A stretch of 64,000 nt of DNA from assembly GCA_039588295.1 (NCBI GenBank), contig JBDHAB010000001.1, forward strand, positions 64,001 to 128,000, in the 5' to 3' direction. This document shows positions 1-9,258 of this stretch, piece by piece. The stretch comes from Gemmatimonadota bacterium (GTDB lineage Bacteria > Gemmatimonadota > Gemmatimonadetes > Gemmatimonadales > GWC2-71-9). The translations under genes were made by a program, and so were the position numbers. Below the pieces are notes generated by a model, which was not told the DNA's origin, did no database searches, and worked only from the letters and a program-made list of their open reading frames with translations. Position 1 is the first letter of the stretch; each line of letters begins with the position of its first letter.

Positions 1-117
1 GGCCATGACGATGACGCGATCCGCTTTTACGAGCGGTCTCTGGAACTCAACCCAAACAACACGAACGCGGAAACGATGATCTCCCGGATTCGAAGCGGTG
101 CAAGGCAACCGAACTAG
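1..117 (+). CDS. 3' end of a protein ending in a TPR-like repeat (partial)
   Basis: Frame 1 reads GHDDDAIRFYERSLELNPNNTNAETMISRIRSGARQPN*; A..Y..L.L.P is a TPR helix pattern. Confidence 0.6.
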   Translation, partial: GHDDDAIRFYERSLELNPNNTNAETMISRIRSGARQPN

Positions 118-182
118 GTGCACCGCGTGACTTAGGAGACGGTTCAGCCAGGGGTTCGCGGAGCACCCACGAGAAGAGACAC

Positions 183-211
183 AGAGAGCCAACCTAACTG
201 GTTGGCTCTCT
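183..211. terminator. Perfect 12-bp hairpin, probable terminator between convergent units
   Basis: AGAGAGCCAACC-TAACT-GGTTGGCTCTCT. Confidence 0.6.
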
Positions 212-216
212 TATAG

Positions 217-236
217 TTGCCCGCCTGGGATCGACC
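217..236 (-). repeat. Degenerate duplicate of the tRNA-Gln 3' end (att-like scar)
   Basis: ttgcccgcctgggatcgacc versus ttgccccgcctgggatcgaacc at 322-343 (two 1-nt deletions). Confidence 0.6.
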
Positions 237-290
237 GGAATGTTCTGAGCGCCAGCGAGGAACGACGGAAACGGACCGGCGAGGCAACAC

Positions 291-320
291 GCAGGGGGCG
301 GCCGTGCGGCCGCCCCCTGC
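291..320 (-). terminator. GC-rich hairpin directly downstream of tRNA-Gln
   Basis: GCAGGGGGCGGCCG-TG-CGGCCGCCCCCTGC perfect inverted repeat; weak U-tract. Confidence 0.5.
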
Positions 321-321
321 A

Positions 322-394
322 TTGCCCCGCCTGGGATCGAACCAGGACTCTTCTGATCCAGAGTCAGACGTGTTGCCAATTACACCACGGGGCA
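322..394 (-). tRNA. tRNA-Gln (anticodon CTG), CCA not encoded
   Basis: Cloverleaf TGCCCCG...CGGGGCA-A, anticodon arm TCTGA-CTCTGGA-TCAGA, T-loop GGTTCGATCC. Confidence 0.95.
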
Positions 395-406
395 AGACAA
401 CCTGCA

Positions 407-479
407 TGGAGCTGAGGGGGCTCGAACCCCTGACCTCCTGGGTGCGATCCAGGCGCTCTCCCAGCTGAGCTACAGCCCC
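407..479 (-). tRNA. tRNA-Ala (anticodon CGC), CCA not encoded
   Basis: GGGGCTGTAGCTCAG...CCTGG-ATCGCAC-CCAGG...GGTTCGAGCC...CAGCTCCA; G3:U70 Ala identity pair. Confidence 0.95.
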
Positions 480-559
480 AGTCCGACCGTCGGGCGGCCC
501 CGGCAGAGCCTTGTACCCGAGACACGACACCCCGCCGGCTCCGCCAGCAGGGCGTGTGG

Positions 560-588
560 AACCTAGATTCCCCGAAAGTGGGCGTCAA
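560..588 (-). promoter_or_regulatory. Sigma70-like promoter of the tRNA operon
   Basis: TTGACG-N17-TAGGTT on the minus strand about 80 bp upstream of tRNA-Ala. Confidence 0.55.
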
Positions 589-618
589 GACCATCCCGAC
601 GCCGCGCCACCCAGAATG

Positions 619-1533
619 TTACTCGACATACGGCACGTCGATCACCAACCCGTCGCGAGCCACTATCGTGTTGGGAAATATCGGCTTGGCCTCCTTCAAC
701 AGCACTTCGGGCGTGGCCGAGTAGCGCGCCGAGACGTGGGTCAGCACGAGCTGTCTCGCCCGGGCCGCGAGCGCAACCTGTGCAGCCTCCACCGCGGTCG
801 CATGGTCAGTCTCGCGCGCCCGATCCTTCTCCTCATCCCCAAAGGTGGCCTCATGGATCAGCACGTCGGCGCCGTCAGCTGCCCGAACCACGTCCTCGCA
901 CGGTCGCGTGTCGCCGGAATACACCACCAGGCGGCCTGGACGAGGCGGACCCACCAGTGTCTCGGGACCAATGGTGGTGCCATCGTCGAGTGTGACCGTC
1001 TCGCCTCGATGGAGATCTCCCCACCGCGGCCCCTCCGGAACCCCTAGCTCCCGCGCCTTCTCCGGATCGAACCGGCCGAGCCGCTGATGCTCCCGGAGCG
1101 CGAAGCCGACCGCGCTCTTGCCATGTTGTACCTCGATCACCTCCAGATCGTACGCCGTCCTCTGCAACACATCACCCGGCTTGAGCTCGTGGATCTCGAC
1201 CTCGAACGGCGCGCGCTCCACGCCGAGCTGCACCGTCGCACCGAGGTACCGCTTCGCACCTCTGGGCCCATAGAGCAATAACGGCTCTGTCCTCCCCTGT
1301 AGCCCGAGGGTGCGGACCAGGCCGGTGACGCCCAGAAAGTGATCGGCATGGAAGTGGCTGATGAAGATCTCCGACAGCGTGAAGCCGACGCCATATCGCA
1401 TCATCTGGCGCTGCGTCCCCTCACCGCACTCGAACAGCAGCGTCTCCCCCTCACGCTGCACGGCGAAGGACGATACCCCCCGCTCCACGGTCGGACGGGC
1501 GGCGGAAGTGCCGAGAAAGGTGAGGGAAAGCAT
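619..1533 (-). CDS. rnz: Ribonuclease Z
   Basis: FLGT, HFHADH metallo-beta-lactamase motif, GP-rich exosite (GVPEGPRWGDL), YSGDT, HEAT, LTHVSARY. Confidence 0.92.
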   Translation of the reverse strand: MLSLTFLGTSAARPTVERGVSSFAVQREGETLLFECGEGTQRQMMRYGVGFTLSEIFISHFHADHFLGVTGLVRTLGLQGRTEPLLLYGPRGAKRYLGATVQLGVERAPFEVEIHELKPGDVLQRTAYDLEVIEVQHGKSAVGFALREHQRLGRFDPEKARELGVPEGPRWGDLHRGETVTLDDGTTIGPETLVGPPRPGRLVVYSGDTRPCEDVVRAADGADVLIHEATFGDEEKDRARETDHATAVEAAQVALAARARQLVLTHVSARYSATPEVLLKEAKPIFPNTIVARDGLVIDVPYVE

Positions 1534-1586
1534 GGCGAGATAATAACGTAGAGAGACGGGAGAAGGGATCGGGGACCTTCCCCCCT

Positions 1587-1613
1587 CCCTTATCCCTTAT
1601 CCCTTATCCCTAT
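1587..1613. repeat. Heptamer tandem repeat (CCCTTAT)x3 plus CCCTAT
   Basis: Directly visible in the rnz-mlaD intergenic region. Confidence 0.8.
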
Positions 1614-1620
1614 CGCCGTG

Positions 1621-2526
1621 TCAGAACACCGTGACGTTGATGTACCGCCCCGGTCGCGCCCGGACATCGTCCAGCAACATCCGGAGCGACTGGAGCGTCT
1701 CGTGCATGTCGACGTACAGCGTGCTATCGGTCAGCATCTTACCCATCGAACCTTCGGGCGATCGCATCTGCTCGAGCAACAGCGCGAGACTCGTCGTGAC
1801 AGCGGCCAGGCCCTGAGTCATCTCCTGGACGCTTTCCGCAATCTCATCGAGTTGCGACAGGCTCTCATTGATCCCAGGGTTCGACAGTGTAGAATCGAGC
1901 GCTCGCGCCGCGCTCTTGAGCGCGCCCAGGGTCGCCGCCGCATCCTCGACGATCGGCCCGGCGCCCACGCGCCCCACAACATTCATAGCACGTTCCGTGG
2001 CCGCCAGCGTCTGGCGAACCTGGTTCACCATGTTCTCCGACAGCAGGTCTTGGGACGACTGGAGCAGCTGGGTTGCCTGTTCGGTGAGTCTCACCGCACT
2101 CGATGCAAGCTCAACTTCGTCGCCTCCCAAGATCACGCCGTCGTCCGGCAATAGCTCGTCCGCCTCACCGGGCATATAGGAAACGTATTTGGCGCCCAGA
2201 AAGTCGAGCGACCCGACCTCCGCTCGCGCGTCGGCACGGGGGCGCACCCGCCGGTCCACCTCGATGTAGACAAGCACTCGCCCGACCTCCGCCAGCTCAA
2301 CGCGGGCAACACGGCCCACGCCCACGCCGGAGATCTGCACCGGATCGCCCTCGGTGAGTCCGCTCACCATGGTGAACTGCACCGGCACCACCATCCGTCC
2401 CCGCGAGGTAATTGAGCGTCCAGTGAGCCACATGAGCAGCGCGATCAGAATTACAAGCGCCGCGATCACGAGCGCACCAACGGCTATCTCTTGTTTGTAG
2501 TAGAGGTCCATGCTGTTGCCACTCAA
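1621..2526 (-). CDS. mlaD: MlaD/MCE family protein
   Basis: N-terminal TM, GLTEGDPVQISGVGVGRV MCE motif, helical C-terminus; overlaps mlaF stop. Confidence 0.88.
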   Translation of the reverse strand: MSGNSMDLYYKQEIAVGALVIAALVILIALLMWLTGRSITSRGRMVVPVQFTMVSGLTEGDPVQISGVGVGRVARVELAEVGRVLVYIEVDRRVRPRADARAEVGSLDFLGAKYVSYMPGEADELLPDDGVILGGDEVELASSAVRLTEQATQLLQSSQDLLSENMVNQVRQTLAATERAMNVVGRVGAGPIVEDAAATLGALKSAARALDSTLSNPGINESLSQLDEIAESVQEMTQGLAAVTTSLALLLEQMRSPEGSMGKMLTDSTLYVDMHETLQSLRMLLDDVRARPGRYINVTVF

Positions 2527-3272
2527 CTGACCGTAGGGGTACCGAAATCTCGCTCGAGGAATCGTCTGACAGCCGGATCGCGACTGTCCCGCATTTCCTC
2601 AGGCGTGCCCACCATGCGAATCTGGCCTTCGGTGAGGAGCGCGATGCGGTTCCCCACCCGAAACGAGCCGCGAACGTCGTGCGACACTACGATGCTCGTG
2701 ACGCCGAGTTCGGCCTGCAACTTCTGTATCAACGCGTCGATGATGTCGGCGTTCACGGGATCGAGGCCGGACGTCGGCTCGTCATACAACAGGTACGTCG
2801 GCTGCCCGGCGATCGCGCGGGCGATCCCCACCCGCTTCTTCATCCCACCAGACAGGTCGGACGGAAACTTGTCCGCCGTTGCCGGCGAGAGATTCACCAG
2901 ATCGAGGCACTGCTCCACGCGGCTCCCGCAGTAGTCACGATCCGACTGCCGTTCCAGGTCCGTGATGCCCAGTCGGATGTTCTCGAACACGCTCATCGAG
3001 TCGAACAGCGCACCGAATTGGAACACGTAACCGATCCGGGTCCGGAGTACCGCGAGCTCCTTCCGCTTGAGCAGGGTCACGACTTGCCCATCGACCGTGA
3101 CCTCGCCCACGTCGGGATGAATCAGTCCGTTGATGTGCTTGAGCAGGACGCTCTTTCCCACTCCGGACGGCCCGAGCAAGGAAACAGTCTCACCACCCTG
3201 GACCGCGAAGTCGACTCCGTCCAGGACGATGTTGTCGCCGAACCGCTTGTGCACGTTGCGCAACTCGATCAT
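2523..3272 (-). CDS. mlaF: ABC ATPase, MlaF/Mkl family
   Basis: Walker A GPSGVGKS, LSGGMKKRV, YDEPTSGLDP, VSHD. Confidence 0.9.
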   Translation of the reverse strand: MIELRNVHKRFGDNIVLDGVDFAVQGGETVSLLGPSGVGKSVLLKHINGLIHPDVGEVTVDGQVVTLLKRKELAVLRTRIGYVFQFGALFDSMSVFENIRLGITDLERQSDRDYCGSRVEQCLDLVNLSPATADKFPSDLSGGMKKRVGIARAIAGQPTYLLYDEPTSGLDPVNADIIDALIQKLQAELGVTSIVVSHDVRGSFRVGNRIALLTEGQIRMVGTPEEMRDSRDPAVRRFLERDFGTPTVS

Positions 3273-3301
3273 CCGGCGACACCTCGATATCTTGTCCGCC
3301 T

Positions 3302-3991
3302 ATGCCCGGACGAATGCCGCGCAACGCCAATCGCTTCAAGCGCCGCCTGCTGGCGTGGTTCCGCTCGGCGGGCCGCGACCTGCCGTGGCGTCACACGCGC
3401 GATCCGTATCGCGTCCTGGTATCCGAGTTCATGCTCCAGCAGACCCAGGTAACGCGCGTTGCGGAGTACTACCCACGGTTTCTCGACCGCTTCCCGTCGG
3501 TCCACACACTGGCCGCGGCGGAGCCAACCCAGGTGCGCGAGGCATGGGACGGCCTCGGTTACTACCGGCGCGCGGCGAACCTGCACCGACTCGCCCGCAC
3601 CGTCGTCGGCGAGCACGAGGGAGCGATTCCGAGGCACCCCGATGTGCTTGCGTCGCTTCCGGGAGTCGGACGCTACACCGCCGGCGCCGTTGCGAGCTTC
3701 GCCTACCAGCGGCGTGTCGCAGCCGTCGATACGAACGCGGCCCGCGTGCTGCAGCGTGTCTTTCACGTGTCGCGAAGCCGCAAGCCGACCGCCAAAGCGC
3801 TGTGGAGCCTCGCCACGCGCCTCCTCCCCACGCGATCTAAGACTGCCTGGGAGTTCAATCAGGCGCTGATGGACCTGGGCGCGCGGATCTGTATCGCGCG
3901 TACCCCGCGATGCGACGGTTGCCCGGTGCAATCTGCCTGCCGCACCGGCAGCCGGAGGAATGGGCTGCGACCCGACGCCCGCGCGAGCTGA
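3302..3991 (+). CDS. mutY: A/G-specific adenine glycosylase, short form without C-terminal NUDIX-like domain
   Basis: RDLPWR, SEFMLQQT, WDGLGYY, HhH LPGVGRYTA, VDTN, Fe-S motif C-X6-C-X2-C-X5-C. Confidence 0.85.
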   Translation: MPGRMPRNANRFKRRLLAWFRSAGRDLPWRHTRDPYRVLVSEFMLQQTQVTRVAEYYPRFLDRFPSVHTLAAAEPTQVREAWDGLGYYRRAANLHRLARTVVGEHEGAIPRHPDVLASLPGVGRYTAGAVASFAYQRRVAAVDTNAARVLQRVFHVSRSRKPTAKALWSLATRLLPTRSKTAWEFNQALMDLGARICIARTPRCDGCPVQSACRTGSRRNGLRPDARAS

Positions 3992-4017
3992 TCCGCAAGG
4001 CCGCCCCTCCCTTCCCT

Positions 4018-4851
4018 TCATACGAGCAGCACCTGCGACAGAAACGCATCGAGCGCAAGGATCAGCACCGAGGCACTCACCACGGCCCCGGTCGTCGCGC
4101 GACCGACACCTTCGGCTCCCTTCTGGGTGTTGAATCCCATGTAGCAGGGCACCACCGTCACTGCGAGGCCGAAGAATACCGCCTTGATCATCGAGTACCA
4201 CAGGTCGAACGGACGGAAGAAGTACCGCGCTCCGTACACGAAGTCGGCGTTCGTGATGTTGAGCGTGGATTGGGCGGCACCCCATCCGGACACAATGCCG
4301 GTCACATCCGCAAACAGGACCAGCACGGGAAGCATCGCAGTGCCGGCGACTACGCGGGGAATGATGAGGTGTGATACCGGCGACCGACCGAGGCTTTCGA
4401 GGGCATCGATCTGCTCGGTGACACGCATCGTTCCCAACTCGGCGGCATACCGGGCCCCGATGCGACCGGCGAGTACCATCGCCGTCAGTACGGGACCCAA
4501 CTCGAGAATGATCGATTCGACAATGACGCCGGCGGCGAAGTAGACCGGAATACTGCCGGTAAACTGGTAGCCCGCCTGAAGAGAGGTCACGCCGCCCGCG
4601 AACGCCGCCGTGAGCAATACGATGAACAGCGAGCCCACGCCGACGTGCATTGCTTGCTCGATCGTGCGCGGGAACCAGATCCGCCACTCAGGGAGGCCGC
4701 GCACGATCTCGACGACGAGATAGGAAAAGCGCCCCACGTGGGTGGCAACTCGCAGTGCGATCCGACCGAGGTGGCGCCTGGGGTCGAAAACCGGGCTCTC
4801 GTCTGGGATCCGATACGCCCGCGAGAGGCGCCAGCCCTCCTGTTCAGCCAC
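4018..4851 (-). CDS. mlaE: MlaE family ABC permease
   Basis: ELGPVLTA, GRIGA..AAELGTMRVTEQIDAL, GAEGVGRATT. Confidence 0.92.
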   Translation of the reverse strand: MAEQEGWRLSRAYRIPDESPVFDPRRHLGRIALRVATHVGRFSYLVVEIVRGLPEWRIWFPRTIEQAMHVGVGSLFIVLLTAAFAGGVTSLQAGYQFTGSIPVYFAAGVIVESIILELGPVLTAMVLAGRIGARYAAELGTMRVTEQIDALESLGRSPVSHLIIPRVVAGTAMLPVLVLFADVTGIVSGWGAAQSTLNITNADFVYGARYFFRPFDLWYSMIKAVFFGLAVTVVPCYMGFNTQKGAEGVGRATTGAVVSASVLILALDAFLSQVLLV

Positions 4852-4901
4852 GCGTCACCGCCAATTTGGACCGCGTATGCGCATCGAGGATCCGAGTGCG
4901 C

Positions 4902-5363
4902 TCACAACGCATACCAGGCAAGTAGCGCGACGACGGCCAACACACTCGAGATCAGGGAGACCGCCCACTGGCGTCTGCGGTAGGTCTCGAACGCCGGCGG
5001 TAGCTCACCTCGCTCGGATGCTACCGCGAGCGCGCCGACCCGAGAAGCAGTAGGCAGGCCAACGAATAGCACCATCAGTCCGGCGATCATTCCGGTGATG
5101 ATCATCACCCAGAGCCTGGGCTCACGCATCAGATCGCCGAGTCCCTCGGCGTCCAACGCCATGGTCAAGAGCACGCCCGACCCGAGCACGAGCAGCGCCC
5201 CGAAACCGATGACCATCGTGTGCAACCGCGAGAGAATACGGAACGCGCCGGCGCGGACTGCCGCCGGCTCATCACCCACCGCAGACGCCACGATCATCCC
5301 GGCTACGGCCCCTCCGATCCACAGCGTGCACCCCAGAACATGGACGAACATCACCAACGACAT
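4902..5363 (-). CDS. Four-TM membrane protein (DUF2269/CopD-like)
   Basis: HVLG...WIGG N-terminal motif, four hydrophobic segments. Confidence 0.6.
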   Translation of the reverse strand: MSLVMFVHVLGCTLWIGGAVAGMIVASAVGDEPAAVRAGAFRILSRLHTMVIGFGALLVLGSGVLLTMALDAEGLGDLMREPRLWVMIITGMIAGLMVLFVGLPTASRVGALAVASERGELPPAFETYRRRQWAVSLISSVLAVVALLAWYAL

Positions 5364-5795
5364 CTACTCCGTCTCTCCCTTGACCAGTTCAGGTTTCACG
5401 GGCCGGCGTCCGGCGAAGCCCGAATCGACTTCGTGCCAATGCGACACCTCCGGCTCGCCGAGCTTCCAGCAGAGAAAGATATCCCGCTCGTCGCGGCGAC
5501 TGTGGAAATCGACGAGCCCGCCGTCGAATCCCTTGAAGATACAGCCCACCGATGACAGCTCGTTGATGAGATCGTTGATGCGCTGCGCGATGTCGTCCAC
5601 CTCAGTACGAAGCTGAACCTGCTCATCGGTTTCCCCGTCATCGCTCTTGCTCTCGGCCGCGATGATCTCGTAACGGTAGATGGAGTCCCGCCACTGCTCG
5701 TACTCCTCTACGATGTCCTCGACAATACGCTGAACGTACGGCAGCGTGGCGTTGGCCTCATCGACGGTGAAGTATTTCACCGCAGTCTCCGTCAT
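5364..5795 (-). CDS. DUF2203 family protein
   Basis: FTVDEANATLP, KGFDGGLVDF, LCWKLGE, HWH, GFAGRRP; start reset to ATG 5795. Confidence 0.8.
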   Translation of the reverse strand: MTETAVKYFTVDEANATLPYVQRIVEDIVEEYEQWRDSIYRYEIIAAESKSDDGETDEQVQLRTEVDDIAQRINDLINELSSVGCIFKGFDGGLVDFHSRRDERDIFLCWKLGEPEVSHWHEVDSGFAGRRPVKPELVKGETE

Positions 5796-5910
5796 CGACG
5801 CAACCCCTGAATCTCGAGGGACCACACAACCCGCACCGAAAAGTAACAAGCCGTGCGCCGCAACAACGACCAGCGTACAGTGGAACTCGGCCCGGCCAGA
5901 CGCGCAGCGA

Positions 5911-6801
5911 TCACTCGCTGTCCGGCCTCTCGGCGCCTCCCCGCTCGAGGGCTCGTCGCTCGGTTTGGTGGAGGGCGAGCTCGGACGAGGTATCAAGCGC
6001 CCGACACGCGGCGCGGTAGCCTTCCTCCACATAGCCGACGACCTTGTCCACCGCGAACGTGGCTTCCTGCTCAACCTGAGGCTCGACGAGTACGAGTGGG
6101 ATCGGACCATCGCGCCACCGTGCGATGGTGGCGTCCGTCTGTGCCGCCATCAGGATGCGCATGGCGCTGTTGTGCGCGCGTATCAGTGGCGGTGCCCACG
6201 AGGAGCGCTCGGGCGGCTCCGCACTGAACGTGGGACCCACCCGCACCGCAAACAGGAGATCCGGGTCGAACACCGCGGCCACATCCAAGGGCAGCACCGC
6301 GCGCAGCCCTCCGTCTGCGTACGAGCGGCCTGCTATCTCCACCGGTGGGAAGTACAGTGGCAGCGAGCACGACGCCAGCAGTGCATCGAGAAGCGGCGTG
6401 CGCCGTCCACCGGCACCGAACAGCACGAGCTCACCCGTCCCCACGTCGACCGCCGTCACCGTGAGTGGGGTTTCGAGTTCGGAGAAGGCCCGGGCCGGAA
6501 CAAGCGTCGCGATGGTCTCGCGGAACCGCTCGGCGGACAGAAAGCTCTTGGCCAGGGGTCCCAGCAACAGCGTTGGCGAGGGCTTCGCCACGTGGCCCCT
6601 GGAAATCGAGAGGATTCGCTTGAGGACCTCGTCGTAGCCCAACCCGCAGGCGAAGCACGCCCCAACCACCGCTCCCATGGACGTGGCTACATAGTGCGTG
6701 GCAGTGAGCCGTCGCTCGTCCAGCGCCCGCAGCGCTCCAATGTGAGCAGCCGCTTTGGCGCCACCACCGCTCAACACGCCGACGACATGAGACGGCCGCA
6801 T
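5911..6801 (-). CDS. Patatin-like phospholipase
   Basis: LSGGGAK, ATSMG nucleophile elbow, DGG. Confidence 0.85.
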   Translation of the reverse strand: MRPSHVVGVLSGGGAKAAAHIGALRALDERRLTATHYVATSMGAVVGACFACGLGYDEVLKRILSISRGHVAKPSPTLLLGPLAKSFLSAERFRETIATLVPARAFSELETPLTVTAVDVGTGELVLFGAGGRRTPLLDALLASCSLPLYFPPVEIAGRSYADGGLRAVLPLDVAAVFDPDLLFAVRVGPTFSAEPPERSSWAPPLIRAHNSAMRILMAAQTDATIARWRDGPIPLVLVEPQVEQEATFAVDKVVGYVEEGYRAACRALDTSSELALHQTERRALERGGAERPDSE

Positions 6802-7290
6802 CTACTGCTGCCCCCCCAGATGGCGCTTGCGAAGCTCGCGTCGAGCCTTGGCCTCCGCATGGCGTCGCTTCTCTTCTGCAGTCTCGGGGATGACCGGAGC
6901 AACGGCCCGTGGCCGCTCATGCTCGTCGATCGCAACAAAGGTGACATAGCACGTGTTGGTATGCCGCCGCTTCCCCGACGCAATCTGCTCGGCCTCTATG
7001 CGTACGCCCACCTCCATCGAGGTCCGTCCCACATAGTTGACGCTCGCCTGCGCAATCACCAACTCACCGACATGGATCGGCTCGCGGAAGTTCACCTGGT
7101 CGACGGACACCGTGACGCAGGGACCACCGGCATGCCGGATCGCCGCCACCGCCGCCACACGGTCCACAAGCGACAGAATGACGCCGCCGAATACGTTCCC
7201 GAGGACGTTCGCCATATGCGGCATCATCAGCTCGGTCATCGTGGTCTGCGAAGCCGCAACAGTGCTGGGGGTCAGGTCGTGGCCACTCAT
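6802..7290 (-). CDS. Acyl-CoA thioesterase (hotdog fold, YciA-like)
   Basis: ANVLGNVFGG, VTVSVD, GRTSMEVGV. Confidence 0.88.
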   Translation of the reverse strand: MSGHDLTPSTVAASQTTMTELMMPHMANVLGNVFGGVILSLVDRVAAVAAIRHAGGPCVTVSVDQVNFREPIHVGELVIAQASVNYVGRTSMEVGVRIEAEQIASGKRRHTNTCYVTFVAIDEHERPRAVAPVIPETAEEKRRHAEAKARRELRKRHLGGQQ

Positions 7291-7396
7291 GTCGAGAAGG
7301 GAAGGGATAAACGATACGGGATATGAAACAAGGGGTAGGGGCGGTGGATGGTCCCTCTTGTCCTCCCGCTCTTACCCCCTTTCTCACTCACACCCG

Positions 7397-9205
7397 TTAG
7401 TAATCCACGGGCCGCAGATAACTCTCCCCGATCGCCGTGCTGCTCACCATGGCCACGGTCGGGAGCCGGCGCTTCCAGTGCGTGGAATGCAGCCTGCGGC
7501 TCACCAACTCCACTTCCTGTTTCGCGAATCCGTGGGAGACAATCCACTCCGGCTTCAGGCCGCGTAACAACCAGTGCAAGATCCGGTCGGCCTTCTCGTA
7601 GGAAATGCCGAGGTCGCTCTCGTCGGTCTGCCCTTGCACCAGATCGGCACTCGCTGGCTTGGTGACGATCACATCGGGGATCTCAAGGTGGCGGGCGAGT
7701 CGCATCACTTGTGTTTTGAATAGATCCCCGAGCGGGTTGACGGGCGGCGAGTCGTCGGCATGCCACGTGAAGTAGCCCATCAGCCGCTCGGTCTTGTTCC
7801 CGGTGCCCAGCGGCAGGGCACGGTACTTGGCCGAGAGGTCGAACAACGTGATCATGCGCATGCGGGCCATCACGTTGCCGCGCCGAGTTGGGTCGGCGCT
7901 CTCGTCAGCCGCACCGATGTAGCCATCCACTGCTCCGCTGATATCCACCGTAAGCAGCTCGACACCCAAGTGCGACGTCAGGAGCTCGGCGTGCTTCAAG
8001 CTCTCTGGACTCGAGGTTCGATATGGCATTCGTACCCCGATCACGTTCTCCGGCCCGAGCGCTCTTGCTGCAATGGCCGCTGTGACGGAGCTGTCCACCC
8101 CACCAGAGATGCCGACGACCCCTTTTGTGAATCCGCGACGCCGGATCACTTCATCTCGCAGGAAGGCGACGAGCCAACACTCGGTGAGTGCCGGATCGAT
8201 GTCCATGGGATCCACACCAGACGACGGCTTCAGGATGACATGGGACGTGGCCAATGGCGGCTCACTCGGGGCACCATCATCTGCTGCGGCAGCGTATTCG
8301 GCGGGACCGCCGCGGTCACTCTTCCTCGACTCGAGAAGATTCAGGAACTGGGTCTCCAAGTCGGCAAGGAGTGGCTGCTCGAAGCGTGCGCGTGTGATCT
8401 CATCATGATCGAGCTCGGCGGCGAGCAGCGATTCCTCGAACAGCGGTGCCCGCACCATAATCTCGCCGTGCGGGTCGACCACCATCGAGCTCCCCTGGAG
8501 TCCCTTGCCACCCTCGAACCCCGCCAGCTGCGCCAGCACGACGTAGAGCCCGTGCTCTCCGGCGATCTGTCTACCCAAGACCTCCCAGCGTCGGACGCTC
8601 GCCGGCCTCCGTTCGGTATCGTCCTCGCATTCCGGGTCGGGCGCGATCCCACGCGCCGGCGACGCGCTGGGAACAATGAGTAGCTGGGCGCCGTCGAGCG
8701 CCGCGAGCGTCGGCACGATCGAGTGCCACGCATCTTCGCACACGGCCAGTGCCGCGCGCCCCCACCGCGTCTCAAACGCTCTAATCGAACGGCCGTGCTC
8801 CACAAAGCGTTCTTCATCGAACAGGCCGTACGTCGGTAGAAACACCTTGCGGTGTACGTGCCGGATGCTCGGCTCTGCGCCGCCGAACGACGCATAGAGC
8901 GCCGCGTTGTAGTAGCGGTTGCGGAACTCCTCGTAGAAGCCGATGGCTGCATCCATCGGGGGCGCCGCAGCAAGTGCGTGCTGCGCCGCCAGGTCGCGGA
9001 ACAGCGTCCCGGCGGTAACGGCAAGCTCCCGAACGCCGCCCTCCAGGAAATACCCTGTCAGTGCCGACTCCGGGAATACGACGAGGTCGGGTGGCGCCTC
9101 CATTGCCCCCGCCTGAGCGAACACCCCACCCACCCGTCTCAAGTTTTCGGCATAGTCACCCTTCTTGGGGCGGAGCTGGGCAACCAGGAGGCGGAGCTTC
9201 TTCAT
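7397..9205 (-). CDS. nadE: Glutamine-dependent NAD+ synthetase
   Basis: Nitrilase triad (FPE, HRK, VCED) fused to NAD synthase domain (GISGGVDS, GTGNKTE, KPASADL); start at MKKLRLL. Confidence 0.9.
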   Translation of the reverse strand: MKKLRLLVAQLRPKKGDYAENLRRVGGVFAQAGAMEAPPDLVVFPESALTGYFLEGGVRELAVTAGTLFRDLAAQHALAAAPPMDAAIGFYEEFRNRYYNAALYASFGGAEPSIRHVHRKVFLPTYGLFDEERFVEHGRSIRAFETRWGRAALAVCEDAWHSIVPTLAALDGAQLLIVPSASPARGIAPDPECEDDTERRPASVRRWEVLGRQIAGEHGLYVVLAQLAGFEGGKGLQGSSMVVDPHGEIMVRAPLFEESLLAAELDHDEITRARFEQPLLADLETQFLNLLESRKSDRGGPAEYAAAADDGAPSEPPLATSHVILKPSSGVDPMDIDPALTECWLVAFLRDEVIRRRGFTKGVVGISGGVDSSVTAAIAARALGPENVIGVRMPYRTSSPESLKHAELLTSHLGVELLTVDISGAVDGYIGAADESADPTRRGNVMARMRMITLFDLSAKYRALPLGTGNKTERLMGYFTWHADDSPPVNPLGDLFKTQVMRLARHLEIPDVIVTKPASADLVQGQTDESDLGISYEKADRILHWLLRGLKPEWIVSHGFAKQEVELVSRRLHSTHWKRRLPTVAMVSSTAIGESYLRPVDY

Positions 9206-9258
9206 GGCAAGGAAGATAGGGGAGAATCCGTTGGGGCGGGAAGGCGCAGATGGGTGCC

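Noticed and set aside
571..582. CCCGAAAGTGGG shared with 35275-35286
   Set aside because: Single half-site in a tRNA promoter spacer; a 12-bp match is plausible by chance
144..594. ORFs called over the tRNA region
   Set aside because: They overlap two clear tRNA genes and hairpins
3269..4687. 472-aa minus-strand ORF bridging mlaE and mlaF
   Set aside because: Arg-rich alternative frame of mlaE plus antisense of mutY; no family motifs
5746..7326. Long antisense ORFs (also 17566-18573, 28820-30124, 42461-43510, 48795-50087, 51458-53017)
   Set aside because: Shadow frames of well-supported genes, expected at high GC
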